Of a stretch of DNA of 64,000 bases, positions 50,081-59,853 are shown in pieces; within the stretch, counting starts at the first letter, position 1; each line of letters opens with the position of its first letter. This stretch comes from a virus (lineage: Duplodnaviria > Caudoviricetes). Both the position numbers and the translations under genes were made by a program. The notes under the pieces are model-generated. The model ran no database searches, had not been told where the DNA came from, and saw only the letters and a program-made list of their open reading frames with translations. The stretch spans positions 1 to 64,000 of IMG/VR virus record IMGVR_UViG_3300037067_019009. One strand, given 5' to 3'.

Positions 50081-50296
50081 TCAGCTACTCGTTAATTCTC
50101 CCTCTTCCATTATCCAGCCGTGCTTATTGGCGTAGTCGCACAATACATTATAAGCATCTTCATAAGAATCAAAAATGCCTCCTAGTTTCGCGGCACAGCC
50201 AACGCTATAACCCGGAGAAGCATAATTTATCTGCCACCTATTTCCACTACCGGCGACATAATGCCTGAATCCATGTTTACTAACCCAAAAAACCAT
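50081..50296 (-). CDS. Hypothetical protein
   Basis: Operonic, SD-like GAGGTG. Confidence 0.45.
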   Translation of the reverse strand: MVFWVSKHGFRHYVAGSGNRWQINYASPGYSVGCAAKLGGIFDSYEDAYNVLCDYANKHGWIMEEGELTSS

Positions 50297-50311
50297 TCGG
50301 TCATCACACCT

Positions 50312-50854
50312 CTATATAAACCTGACTACTATGTCTGACTCTTCTAAGAGCCTCTTAGCTAAACTATCGTACCAGTTATCAGACCCGCACACTAACTCTT
50401 TTATGCCGGCGTTAATTATCGCACCCGCACACTGCTGGCATGGAGTCACTGTCGCTGATACATATATAGTAGTCCCTAGAGTAGCCGTGCCTTGTCTGGC
50501 GGCGTTGGTAATAGCGTTCCTTTCAGCATGTTGTGCCGGGCATAGCTCTACCCCAGCTCCTGATGGCAGGTTTAGTCGCTTGCGCGGACACACACCTGAA
50601 TCCGAGCTTAGTGGAAACTGGCATAAGGATGATCCAGAGGGCGCACCATTATAACCAAAGCTTACTATCCTAGTATCCTTTACAATCATGGCCCCGCATT
50701 TCCTACTGGCACACTTAGACATACCAGCCGCTAAGTTCGCTATCGACATGAATAGATCATCCCAGTCGGACTGGCTCTTATGCCTATTAGTACAGGCGTC
50801 GATAAACTCCCTAGATTCCCACCACATAGACGGTGGTGCAAGTAACTCTGCCAA
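50312..50854 (-). CDS. dCMP deaminase
   Basis: SKCASRKCGA, GYNGAPSG, HAERNAI, PCQQCA. Confidence 0.92.
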   Translation of the reverse strand: MAELLAPPSMWWESREFIDACTNRHKSQSDWDDLFMSIANLAAGMSKCASRKCGAMIVKDTRIVSFGYNGAPSGSSLCQFPLSSDSGVCPRKRLNLPSGAGVELCPAQHAERNAITNAARQGTATLGTTIYVSATVTPCQQCAGAIINAGIKELVCGSDNWYDSLAKRLLEESDIVVRFI

Positions 50855-51268
50855 TTAGTAGTTAGCCTCCGCTTCCTGCCCCAGCAGGCCCAATACTTTC
50901 GCGACAAGGTCTATGCTCGGATCACTCTTAAGCCGTATTTCAAGCATAGTTCCCGGATATTCCCCGTTTCCTCGCGTAATGGCAGCTTCCGGCGTATTTC
51001 TGGCCCACTCTTCATACTCTTCCCAGGACATACTCTCGACTTCTGGAAACTGCCCCCTCATATCGCAGCGATCCTTATAATCCTCATTAACCAGCCCTAT
51101 CTCAAAGTAGTCATCCACCTTACCACTGACTCCAAGAGCTGATAGAAGAGTCTCCAGTAACGAACGGGCAGCCGTTACTGAACTTTTCGTGCCCCATGTG
51201 AAAATCTCAGTAGACGAGTTAGTTATAAAATCCACCACAGAATGCACATTTACTATAAAACATTTCAT
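50855..51268 (-). CDS. Hypothetical protein with N-terminal ITNSSTE motif
   Basis: HSVVDFITNSSTEIF. Confidence 0.6.
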   Translation of the reverse strand: MKCFIVNVHSVVDFITNSSTEIFTWGTKSSVTAARSLLETLLSALGVSGKVDDYFEIGLVNEDYKDRCDMRGQFPEVESMSWEEYEEWARNTPEAAITRGNGEYPGTMLEIRLKSDPSIDLVAKVLGLLGQEAEANY

Positions 51269-52237
51269 CTATTCAATCACTCCTCTCGCTTTCTCAAAAA
51301 CCTTACGCATCTTCTCTATCTCCACTTCCTGCGTGGCTACATCCCCGCGCCTTGCTACACCGGCTGGATGCATAATAACACCTACGTACTCAACGCTAGG
51401 CGGTACTCCCACTATCTCAAGATCTTTCCTTGGTGCAAACATGCCGCTAGAGGCAGTAACAGAGAACTTACTCCCGAGGAATCGTTGGGCTGCCACTCTT
51501 CCTACAAGCACTATTACTTTAGGTTGAATCAGGCGCATCTGAATATTCAACCAACGGCCGCAAGCTCGTTGCTCCTCAGTGGTCGGTGGCCTGTCCTTAC
51601 CATTATTATCTGTAGGCCTGCACTTCACTATATTAGTTATATACAGGCCCGAGTAGCTAGCAGGTTCTCCATAGAACGTCAGTCTGTTGCTCGATGACTC
51701 TCTTGGAAATATTCCATCGAGAGCAGCGTTCAATATACCAGCTGTGGAGTTAGGAGTAGGCGCCTTATCCTCCAACCTTTTCCTGGTAACGGAATCCGGC
51801 ATCTTCAAGAAGCTACACCCCACGCTCGGCAGTGGAGTTCCCCTTGTCACATACGAAGGTGGGAAACAGTTCTCATGGTTTGCGCAGTACATGAAACATC
51901 GACTATTTATATACTCATCCTTATGACAAAATGGTATAAGAGTACGCTGTTCATACTGGCCAGGACCCTCTCCTATAGCCATTACTTTCGCATGTATAGA
52001 TCCGTCGGCGAACACGGACTCCCCATACCTATTATCGCACAGGTTACACTTATCACATGAGGAACAAGCATCGGAAGCAGCAGCCAGCAGGTTTTTCCTT
52101 ACTTCTATTATAAGCTCACCGCTTGGCATACTAAATGATTCTGTTAATAGCTTATATACACGTTCAGACGTAAACACTTCCGGCCACAGTTTCGCGGCCA
52201 TAGTTACCAATTTCTCTATCAAGTCGTGCTCATTCAT
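51269..52237 (-). CDS. udg: Family-4 uracil-DNA glycosylase with Cys-rich insertion
   Basis: CDKCNL, IGEGPG, YITNIVKCRP, IQPKVIVLVG, HPA. Confidence 0.85.
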   Translation of the reverse strand: MNEHDLIEKLVTMAAKLWPEVFTSERVYKLLTESFSMPSGELIIEVRKNLLAAASDACSSCDKCNLCDNRYGESVFADGSIHAKVMAIGEGPGQYEQRTLIPFCHKDEYINSRCFMYCANHENCFPPSYVTRGTPLPSVGCSFLKMPDSVTRKRLEDKAPTPNSTAGILNAALDGIFPRESSSNRLTFYGEPASYSGLYITNIVKCRPTDNNGKDRPPTTEEQRACGRWLNIQMRLIQPKVIVLVGRVAAQRFLGSKFSVTASSGMFAPRKDLEIVGVPPSVEYVGVIMHPAGVARRGDVATQEVEIEKMRKVFEKARGVIE

Positions 52238-52269
52238 ACGATATTACCAAATCCATGTTCCACAAATGG

Positions 52270-52626
52270 CTAAGGCTCATAGTATTCTATTTCTAGATTC
52301 TCAGGTTTCATAGCATCAGCCACTCGCCTCTCCAACTCCCTATTGAAATCTTCGATTCCTCTAAGCGCCATCCCTACCGCCATTTTGTGCCAAAGCTTAA
52401 ACTTTTTGGTTTCCACTAGACGTAGAAATGCCTTACGTTTGTTTTGCAGCTGAGACCTTTCTTCCCTGCACTCCGCAACTGCTCCGGATTCCGGGTGGCG
52501 TATGCGAACTCCGGTCTCTACTTTATTTTGATTTTGTCCCCCCTTACCTCCAGCGCGAAAAGTCTCTACTATAAAGTCCCCTTTCTCTTTAGATAAGGAA
52601 AAGAGCAATTCTCTTTCTGGTTTCAC
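52270..52626 (-). CDS. Stand-alone GGQ peptidyl-tRNA hydrolase domain (RF-1/ArfB-like)
   Basis: [26 protein letters not shown]...ERSQLQNK; GTG start after GAGGAGG. Confidence 0.85.
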   Translation of the reverse strand: MKPERELLFSLSKEKGDFIVETFRAGGKGGQNQNKVETGVRIRHPESGAVAECREERSQLQNKRKAFLRLVETKKFKLWHKMAVGMALRGIEDFNRELERRVADAMKPENLEIEYYEP

Positions 52627-52630
52627 CTGG

Positions 52631-53026
52631 CTATACTGCCTCCTCGTTAGTAGCACGATTAAAATCTGCGTACTCCGCTATATAACCTTCTATAGAATCG
52701 TCAGAATACCCAAACAACTTACCAAGATACCAGGCCCTAGCTGCCTCTGGCAGACGCTCCTCAATCTCATTAAATGCTTTGATAAGTTCCTCGACAAAGG
52801 GTCGGTGCCACATCCAAACTCCTACCCAATCACAGCCAGCAAACTCTTCTACTAAGAAACTAATTCCATCTTCTTTTAGTAGATTCAAAACGTTACTAAG
52901 ATCGGCCTCATGAAGTTGTAGATAGGCGGCCAACTTGCCGCGCTTTACCATATAACTATATGCCTCAGCTTCTCCCATATGCCAGGACCCTATATCAACT
53001 GGCAGCATCATCGTTACTACCTCCAA
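52631..53026 (-). CDS. Hypothetical protein
   Basis: LGKLFGYS motif; operonic. Confidence 0.55.
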   Translation of the reverse strand: MEVVTMMLPVDIGSWHMGEAEAYSYMVKRGKLAAYLQLHEADLSNVLNLLKEDGISFLVEEFAGCDWVGVWMWHRPFVEELIKAFNEIEERLPEAARAWYLGKLFGYSDDSIEGYIAEYADFNRATNEEAV

Positions 53027-53327
53027 CCTTCTCCGTGCAGTATTTTTCCATCGCCGCTAGGTTTTCCCTAGCAACATCAGCAACCTCATCGCCAGGAAAC
53101 AATGCCGCTGCTAGAAAATCCAGTAGTTCATAATCGGATAGGCCTAACGTCACTGCAAGACGCAATAACCGCTCTCTACCTTGTACTGGGGGACAAATGC
53201 CTCTTTCAATTAGACTTATTTCCGAAGGCGATAGATCAAAATGCTTTCCAACTTCCTTCCAAAATGTCCTTAGGCTCATCTTGTTCCGTAGCCTATAAAA
53301 CTTAAGCAGTTCGCCAAAAGGTTTCAT
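52995..53327 (-). CDS. XRE-family HTH regulator
   Basis: FGELLKFYR...SLR...LSPSEISLIERG. Confidence 0.75.
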   Translation of the reverse strand: MKPFGELLKFYRLRNKMSLRTFWKEVGKHFDLSPSEISLIERGICPPVQGRERLLRLAVTLGLSDYELLDFLAAALFPGDEVADVARENLAAMEKYCTEKVGGSNDDAAS

Positions 53328-53539
53328 TGAAAATCTATACTCTCAATTCTATTAGCGGCCTCTATGAGTAAATACTTATAAGACGCATCTACCGTATCAC
53401 AAGATAATGCGTATAAGATACGACTTAGCTGCTTATTGCTCATGAAACCCATAAGCCCTTCCTGAGCCAGAGATGCGACGGACTTAGAAGCTGCTTCGAA
53501 ATCCAGTAGCACTTTTCTATTATCAGCACTCTCACCCAT
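53324..53539 (-). CDS. Hypothetical protein
   Basis: Overlaps both neighbours. Confidence 0.5.
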   Translation of the reverse strand: MGESADNRKVLLDFEAASKSVASLAQEGLMGFMSNKQLSRILYALSCDTVDASYKYLLIEAANRIESIDFQ

Positions 53540-54650
53540 CTTTACTTTCCTCCAAGCTGGCTTTTATGGCTTCGATTAGAACATCTGAACTCTTAATAGC
53601 GGCCAGAACCGCATCCTGTCCATGTAATCTCAACGGCTCATCCACCTTACCATCTGATTTCCACAGTCCTAGTGGGGCAAGAAGCTCCTTAGACATATTA
53701 AACTGATAGTAACTTTTGCTTCCTTCTACTATGGCTTTAGATATAAGCGCGACATTGAATAATAGAAGTATATTATCCGTTCCTACATTATAACGTACCG
53801 TGTACTCCGCCGTTTCATGTGGATGTCCGCCTAAACCCGCGTTATTCTTGTCAACGTATAACTTCACGGTATGTCCCACCACATGTCTGCTAGCTCCCGT
53901 CCCTTCCCAAATGAGGTCTTTCTTAGGAGCTGAGAATTTCAGAATAACTTTAGGATTAAACACCATGGCCCTTCCTCCAGGTTGTGTCTTACCGCCCCCG
54001 TAGGAATTAATATCTACTCTATCCTGGTTTATCATGACCATGGCACATTTGCCAAGGAATGGATTGATATCTCTTGTCGCTCTGCTCATAAGGCGAGCGT
54101 GTAGTCCTATGTTCTGAGACGCTATACCATCTTCCATAGTTTTATCCATTTCAGCCTTAGGTACCAGCATCGCTACTGAGTCTATAACGGCGACATCTAT
54201 TACATTCCTTGGAACTAACGTATCCTTATCTACAAGGAATTCTATAATCATATCCAAGGCCTCTTCGGCTATAGCAAACCCCTCTATAAATATGAGACTA
54301 TCTAAGTCCACACCCACCATACGGGCTTGCTCTATGGGAAACACTCCCTCTGATAGCGCGTACAGGCCAACACCACCAGCCTTCTGTGCCCCAGCTATGA
54401 TTTCCAGACCGGCGGTAGTTTTTCCGGTACCAGAATCTCCCCAAAAGACATGTATAGTTCCTCGCTTCAAACCACCATGTAGGGCTCGGTTTATGGCTAT
54501 GTTCGGCGTAGCTATAACACCAGGATTCATCAGGTCCGGACGCTCTCCAGCTATGAATACTGCTGGGCGGTCGTCTGTGGGGTGGTCTTTCTTCTTCTTC
54601 CTATTTAGTTTATCTATTACTTTAAGCAGCTCTGGATTATCTATTCCCAA
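53532..54650 (-). CDS. recA: RecA-family recombinase
   Basis: GGLKRG, GDSGTGKTT, VIDSVA.LVPKAE, ARLMS, INQ.R, PGGRA. Confidence 0.92.
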   Translation of the reverse strand: MGIDNPELLKVIDKLNRKKKKDHPTDDRPAVFIAGERPDLMNPGVIATPNIAINRALHGGLKRGTIHVFWGDSGTGKTTAGLEIIAGAQKAGGVGLYALSEGVFPIEQARMVGVDLDSLIFIEGFAIAEEALDMIIEFLVDKDTLVPRNVIDVAVIDSVAMLVPKAEMDKTMEDGIASQNIGLHARLMSRATRDINPFLGKCAMVMINQDRVDINSYGGGKTQPGGRAMVFNPKVILKFSAPKKDLIWEGTGASRHVVGHTVKLYVDKNNAGLGGHPHETAEYTVRYNVGTDNILLLFNVALISKAIVEGSKSYYQFNMSKELLAPLGLWKSDGKVDEPLRLHGQDAVLAAIKSSDVLIEAIKASLEESKDG

Positions 54651-54806
54651 TCAGCTCTCATCTCCTTATGGATAGGTACTCTGGCGACTCTATGAGTCTG
54701 GGTTATGGAGTCACTTATCAACCACCACGATTGGTCATTCACGAATGCAATCCTCTTCTAAAGCTCTTCAAAATGGGCATAAAAAACCGCGGTCTCATAA
54801 TATCGT

Positions 54807-55190
54807 TCATTGTCTATCCCATATTTCCTTAAAGTCCCTTACCCATCCAGACTTGCCCTCGCGCACTCCCAGTCCTCGAGTCTTTACATAGTTACGTATG
54901 TATTCTATATATTTCTCTGTTGGGTGGTACTCTAACCAAAACGTGATCTTATGCGTAGTGGGGTCTCTATCTTTTTCGTATTGCCTATGAATTATACTTT
55001 CATATATTACATTAGTATTCTCATCAAGAAGTTGTATAAATCCATCACTGGGTTTGGCACTAAAATCTACATCTTCATCTACAACACATGTAACAGCACC
55101 TTCTTCTATGTCGATTTCCCAATTTATTATAATAATAGGTACATCGGTTTCTTCATACTTAATAAATCCAAATTTTCCAGGAATCTTCAT
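54807..55190 (-). CDS. Hypothetical protein (AT-rich)
   Basis: ORF in a low-GC patch. Confidence 0.5.
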   Translation of the reverse strand: MKIPGKFGFIKYEETDVPIIIINWEIDIEEGAVTCVVDEDVDFSAKPSDGFIQLLDENTNVIYESIIHRQYEKDRDPTTHKITFWLEYHPTEKYIEYIRNYVKTRGLGVREGKSGWVRDFKEIWDRQ

Positions 55191-55239
55191 TTACATATTC
55201 TCCTTGTTTTTTACAGACAGCAAGTTCCCTGCACTAACC

Positions 55240-55536
55240 TCAATCCTGGACAGCCACGTGCTTGGGTTTGAAATATGGACAACGACCGCTCGCGTTTAAC
55301 TCATAACAACTACATCTATCGGTAATTTCTCCTGTTACATAGTTTCTAAAAACTGTCGTCTTTCCACTAGTACATATATGTCTATTATAAATTCCAGTAG
55401 TAACAAAGTTATCGCCTGCATAGCCGGAGGGTGGTAATACTTTATGGAATAAACAGTCGTTGCAACAAACATCTGTTTTTTCTCTTCGCTTTATACTGTT
55501 ATAAACTTTGATTGCCCTGTCTATATGATGATTCAT
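55240..55536 (-). CDS. Cys-rich hypothetical protein (AT-rich)
   Basis: CCNDCLF...C...CPYF. Confidence 0.5.
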   Translation of the reverse strand: MNHHIDRAIKVYNSIKRREKTDVCCNDCLFHKVLPPSGYAGDNFVTTGIYNRHICTSGKTTVFRNYVTGEITDRCSCYELNASGRCPYFKPKHVAVQD

Positions 55537-55541
55537 TACTA

Positions 55542-55883
55542 CTACACTCCACTATTACTAGAATCACTTTCCTGATCGAAGCTATCATAAACCTCTTTAG
55601 CTTTTTTCTGTTCTTCTTCGGTGAACACTTCAGGATTCCACATAACTTTTCTATTCAGGAACATAGTTTCTGGTTCTATACAAACTCCATCCTTAAAGAG
55701 TTCCTCAGGATAAGCAGTGAATATTGTTTCATCCTCAAACTCAACCTCGTACAACGGACCGACTTCTTCATAATCGAAATCCTCATGTGGAGCTTCACGG
55801 ATCATTCGGCATTTTTTGCCCCTATGTTCGCTGCCACCATCAAACGGCGTATCAAATCTCAAATTGTAATCATGCACACACAT
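55542..55883 (-). CDS. Hypothetical acidic protein
   Basis: YEVEFEDE...AYPEEL. Confidence 0.55.
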   Translation of the reverse strand: MCVHDYNLRFDTPFDGGSEHRGKKCRMIREAPHEDFDYEEVGPLYEVEFEDETIFTAYPEELFKDGVCIEPETMFLNRKVMWNPEVFTEEEQKKAKEVYDSFDQESDSSNSGV

Positions 55884-55914
55884 TTTGAGAATCCTCCAGA
55901 TCTCCCAATTTCAC

Positions 55915-56265
55915 TCAGACCAAACGCTCCCATGTATAGAGTATTACATGGCATTTAGTATCGCCGAATTGCACGTAGTGCTCTAGCTCTTCTCTCCCAG
56001 TACGGTCCCAATAACATGGTTCCAACGAGTGGATTACAGATATTCTAGGAAATACATGCTGTATAAGATAGTCTAAGGTAATCTCGCCTGTCGTAAACAT
56101 TATCTTCGCGGCATGCGCGTCTTCTGGATAGTACCAGAACTTAGTATCAGGAGAATACAACTCCAGCCCAGCCTTTATCCTTTCGGCCATCTGCTGCTGC
56201 TCTTTGCGCTCTGGATGCCAAAAATAAAGTTCCCTGATATAACTATGCAAGTCCTTATTCTTCAT
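55915..56265 (-). CDS. Hypothetical protein
   Basis: Operonic. Confidence 0.5.
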   Translation of the reverse strand: MKNKDLHSYIRELYFWHPERKEQQQMAERIKAGLELYSPDTKFWYYPEDAHAAKIMFTTGEITLDYLIQHVFPRISVIHSLEPCYWDRTGREELEHYVQFGDTKCHVILYTWERLV

Positions 56266-56282
56266 TAAACTCTACCACTACC

Positions 56283-57197
56283 TTATTCTGTATTATTACT
56301 GGTTGCTATCTCTTCAAACTGCTCCTCCATAATAAGCTCTTTGTACCACTCTGGCACACCTCTTGTTATGTAACGTTTTATTTTAGGCCAGGCCCATTTA
56401 AACAGCTGGTCTTTAATCCAATCCTCTTCTTCCTCTTCAACATCTTCGACAATATAGTTTATAAGCTTACCTATATCTCTAGGAGATCCTTCGATTTTAC
56501 CCTCTTCCCTAAGATGCTGGACTGACTTCAACCACCTGGCACCTGTTCTTAGTTGAGTAGCTATAAGTTCAATAGTATCCTTGCCACTAGGATTGCTAGC
56601 ACCCCACTCTTCTATGTGTTTTTCTTTGAAGGATTCCGCGACATACTTAGCCATAAGAACTTTCTTGTTACGCCCGAACACCTCATACTGTTTCAGTACC
56701 ACCCCTTCTACCGTAGTTCCACCAAGAATGGACTCCCTCTGTAGAAGTTCCCTTAGTATATCAGCGGTAACAATCCCCTGGTATAGAAGTGGAACGCAAT
56801 CCAGACCAAGCCTATCAGCTTCCACTTTCTTAGCTTCGTAGTCCAGATAGTCTTCCTCTCCGGTGTTAATATCGAAAACAATAAAGAGGTTCTTAGGCAC
56901 TCGGCCGTAGGTCAGTACATTATGTTTTGGCTTCCTTACATATTCCCCTCGATATGTCCATCCATCATGTAGATCTAGCTTAGACAGTGCTTCGACGCCA
57001 GGAGCAAACATATGCTCCGGAGCATCCCAAGGGAACTCCGCACCAGAAGACCTTACTCTTAAAAAGCCATCAAATCTTCCTATGGAGAGCTGTGAACCGT
57101 CAACCTTCTCTTCCACCTGTAACGGTAATGACATAATCTCCGCTGCTGCTTTGTGTCCCACCATATAGATCGATGGATAACTATGCCAACTAGACAT
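56283..57197 (-). CDS. ATP-dependent RNA ligase (Rnl2-like)
   Basis: Motif I EKVDGS, III RGEY, IIIa FIVFDI, IV EGVVLK, V MAKY. Confidence 0.8.
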   Translation of the reverse strand: MSSWHSYPSIYMVGHKAAAEIMSLPLQVEEKVDGSQLSIGRFDGFLRVRSSGAEFPWDAPEHMFAPGVEALSKLDLHDGWTYRGEYVRKPKHNVLTYGRVPKNLFIVFDINTGEEDYLDYEAKKVEADRLGLDCVPLLYQGIVTADILRELLQRESILGGTTVEGVVLKQYEVFGRNKKVLMAKYVAESFKEKHIEEWGASNPSGKDTIELIATQLRTGARWLKSVQHLREEGKIEGSPRDIGKLINYIVEDVEEEEEDWIKDQLFKWAWPKIKRYITRGVPEWYKELIMEEQFEEIATSNNTE

Positions 57198-57225
57198 GTA
57201 ACTTATAGTCCTTTCTTACTACCTC

Positions 57226-57438
57226 TTATACTGCGACCTCTTCCACAAGTTTCCTCATAATAAACCCCTCTTCGAACCCACCTATAGCGGGATCACGACC
57301 CGGACTTCCTGACACTAGCACCCCCATACTACACACCAATGGGGAGCCACAATCAGGGCATAGTACCGGCTCATGCTCTCCAGTTCTCCGTTTATTATCA
57401 ACCCAACCACAAAACCTACAGATAGTGTAACCACTCAT
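57226..57438 (-). CDS. Small zinc-ribbon protein
   Basis: CRFCG...CPDCG. Confidence 0.55.
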   Translation of the reverse strand: MSGYTICRFCGWVDNKRRTGEHEPVLCPDCGSPLVCSMGVLVSGSPGRDPAIGGFEEGFIMRKLVEEVAV

Positions 57439-57929
57439 TACGCTGCCGCCTCTTGCACATGTGCCATCTCACGTGCCATTTTTAGTGCCTGCTTTTTATC
57501 ACCAGCTATCCATATCGGCCTTACCTTTCGTATTATGTTGAAAGGAATACTATCATTCCCGCGTATCATATTACATACAGCACACAACGTCTGTAGGTTG
57601 CGGTAGATATCTTTGCCACCAAGAGACACTGGAAGTATATGGTCTTTGGTCAGCAGTACCGGTTCCCCGTTCTCCTCAGCATATAAATTGAGGTGTGCTA
57701 TATCTTTGGCCACCTGCAGGTCGCTAGTGTGTCTTTGCATTAGAAAGTAGCGGCCTACCAACCCACAGCACTTACACTTAAGACTTCTCCTAAATGTACG
57801 GTACCTGGCAGAACCCCCACGTACTCTGTAGACATTACCATCCGTCCCTTTGTACTTCCTAACTATGGTAGGGTCGCATAACGCAGGCAAAACATCATCT
57901 ATTTCGAGTCTTTTTAATGTTACTAGCAC
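57438..57929 (-). CDS. HNH endonuclease
   Basis: CKCCG...TKDHILPVSLGG...NLQTLCAVCN. Confidence 0.85.
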   Translation of the reverse strand: MLVTLKRLEIDDVLPALCDPTIVRKYKGTDGNVYRVRGGSARYRTFRRSLKCKCCGLVGRYFLMQRHTSDLQVAKDIAHLNLYAEENGEPVLLTKDHILPVSLGGKDIYRNLQTLCAVCNMIRGNDSIPFNIIRKVRPIWIAGDKKQALKMAREMAHVQEAAA

Positions 57930-57966
57930 CTATCGAATTATTCCTTCCACACCTCAAATACCTTGT

Positions 57967-58024
57967 AAAAAGAAAAGGCCAGCTAGTTCATCATACACTT
58001 ATATCATTGACGAGCCAGCTGGCC
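57967..58024 (-). terminator. Intrinsic terminator
   Basis: Minus strand GGCCAGCTGGCTCGTCA...TGATGAACTAGCTGGCC followed by TTTTCTTTTT. Confidence 0.75.
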
Positions 58025-58106
58025 CAGGCGCGAACAGTTCGTGGACTGGTATCCACTACCGCGCTAAGAGTGTAGTAATTGGGCTGGGTAACAGCTACGC
58101 CCAATA

Positions 58107-58766
58107 CTATGGTGGGTATACCACCATCCTTACTCTGCGTCTGCCGAAGTTGATAGCAGACTCATAACTCCCGAGTCTTATATCGACTCTGGAGCCTTTT
58201 ATACTTCCTCCAGTGTCATCAGCCAGATAGATTACGCCATCTATTTCTACCAGAGATCCCAGCTTAATAACTCTAGGATCTACCGCTATGCCTGATGTTC
58301 TGGAGTCTCTTCCGGTGGCCGTCCTTGGCCCAGTCCCCTGCCTCTTGCAGTTACCGGAGTACGCGGTAGCTACCGCGTACATTTCTATTCCTTTCGTGCC
58401 ACGTGCCTCGCCATTCTTACCCAGGTTTGCCGTTCTGTTCGGCACCAGGTAGCGAGCGGGAAGATCCCTCACGGAATTGTCTCGCGTTTTCACCGCTGGA
58501 ATGGCTTTTTTAGTTTGCGGAGATTTCCGCGCAGCTTTTGAAGACCTTGAGGCCTTCGCCGTCTCTACATTACACTTGGCATGATAGTCATCGCGTAGAA
58601 TCTTAGGTTCTTCTCTCACACTAAGCAAAGTTGCATGAGTAGCGAGACCATCATGAGCAGTGGCCGTTTTAGGTGTGTTAGCCACCTTACTGAAGGTTAC
58701 ATATGTAACAGCCAGCAAACCGACTATAAGCATGGCATAATGCAGCTTAGTGCTGTGCCATAACAC
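58107..58766 (-). CDS. Membrane-anchored 3D-domain (MltA-like) cell-wall enzyme
   Basis: N-terminal TM; ATAYS, TATG, IAVDPRVIKLGS, ADDTGGSIKG.RVDI. Confidence 0.85.
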   Translation of the reverse strand: MLWHSTKLHYAMLIVGLLAVTYVTFSKVANTPKTATAHDGLATHATLLSVREEPKILRDDYHAKCNVETAKASRSSKAARKSPQTKKAIPAVKTRDNSVRDLPARYLVPNRTANLGKNGEARGTKGIEMYAVATAYSGNCKRQGTGPRTATGRDSRTSGIAVDPRVIKLGSLVEIDGVIYLADDTGGSIKGSRVDIRLGSYESAINFGRRRVRMVVYPP

Positions 58767-58804
58767 CGTTGCGGTTGTTTTGATAGGCTATGCTCCTTTC
58801 GGTT

Positions 58805-59464
58805 TTAGTCTAGCAGCGTTGCGGAATCTTGCTCCACACCTCCAACAAATTCTTCGATTGCTGAAACACACTGCTTTATGGAGTCGGCTAGCTTACCAGC
58901 CTCTTCCATATTGTAGTTCTCTTCACTCTGTATTACTTTTATGTATGGTAACGCCCCCGCGTCCGTGAAATGACAGTAAGCCACTATCCTAGTCCCGGGC
59001 TTCACCATAATATTTAGAATAGGTTCGTACTCAGAAAGCTTCTTACTTTGAGCTTGCTTGGTAGCGGCCTCTTCTTTGAGTATGGCGGTTGTAAGCTCGG
59101 CCATATTCCATGAAGACGACAACGCCTTGTCTATCCACTCCCTGGGGTTATCCGTTTTTGCCACACAGTAACTGTACGCGACCCACGGGAGGGATAGCTT
59201 GCGTGTCTGTGGTGGAAATACGCTCGATGTCTTATGCCTGAGCCATGCCCTGGAAACAGACATTGGTATATCTCCCGAAGAGACCAGCCTACTTATAGGA
59301 GATATCCCTGGTGTAGCATAGGCTTGTACTTGAATAAGCAAGTCGCCTAATCTCCACTGAATAACACTCTCCTCTTCGGAAAGCTTCTGAATCTCACCAA
59401 CAAGTAGTGCATGATCAGAAGTTCCTGATATCATTTCTAGCATACGTTTTCTACATCTCCCCAC
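58805..59464 (-). CDS. LmbU-like DNA-binding protein
   Basis: QWRLGDLL...VFPPQTRKLSLPW...WIDKA..SWN..EL. Confidence 0.45.
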   Translation of the reverse strand: MGRCRKRMLEMISGTSDHALLVGEIQKLSEEESVIQWRLGDLLIQVQAYATPGISPISRLVSSGDIPMSVSRAWLRHKTSSVFPPQTRKLSLPWVAYSYCVAKTDNPREWIDKALSSSWNMAELTTAILKEEAATKQAQSKKLSEYEPILNIMVKPGTRIVAYCHFTDAGALPYIKVIQSEENYNMEEAGKLADSIKQCVSAIEEFVGGVEQDSATLLD

Positions 59465-59541
59465 TAATATTCCACGGCATCTTTTTTATCTGAACCCTCC
59501 GCTATTGCCCTAGTTTGCCTACCGGAGATATTTATTAGCTG

Positions 59542-59853
59542 CTAAACGCACAATAAATTAATCTCCTTGATTTCCTCACTAACAGTAGACTTGAGCCTGA
59601 CCAGCTCTCGTCTACCATGGTTGATAACTGCCTGCCTTCTGTCTCTTAGAATACCAGCGATGTACAACGCATCATGCACAGTGCCATAGGAGAGTCCCGA
59701 CCCCCTACTTATCTCTCTTATGCTAGCACCGGACAAATAGCTGCTGACCATCTCCATAGCACGGTAGATGTTAACCTTCGTAGTCCTACTATGATCTCGA
59801 AACATTATCTCAACGCTATCCTGGTTCTGCTTTCTATATGATCCTTTAAGCAC
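59542..59853 (-). CDS. HTH protein
   Basis: YLSGASIREIS...LSYGTVHDAL; true start probably further downstream. Confidence 0.6.
   Translation of the reverse strand: MLKGSYRKQNQDSVEIMFRDHSRTTKVNIYRAMEMVSSYLSGASIREISRGSGLSYGTVHDALYIAGILRDRRQAVINHGRRELVRLKSTVSEEIKEINLLCV

Noticed and set aside
57438-57929. HNH gene as intron-encoded or part of a mobile element
   Set aside because: It does not interrupt a recognisable gene and no intron boundaries were seen; treated as free-standing.
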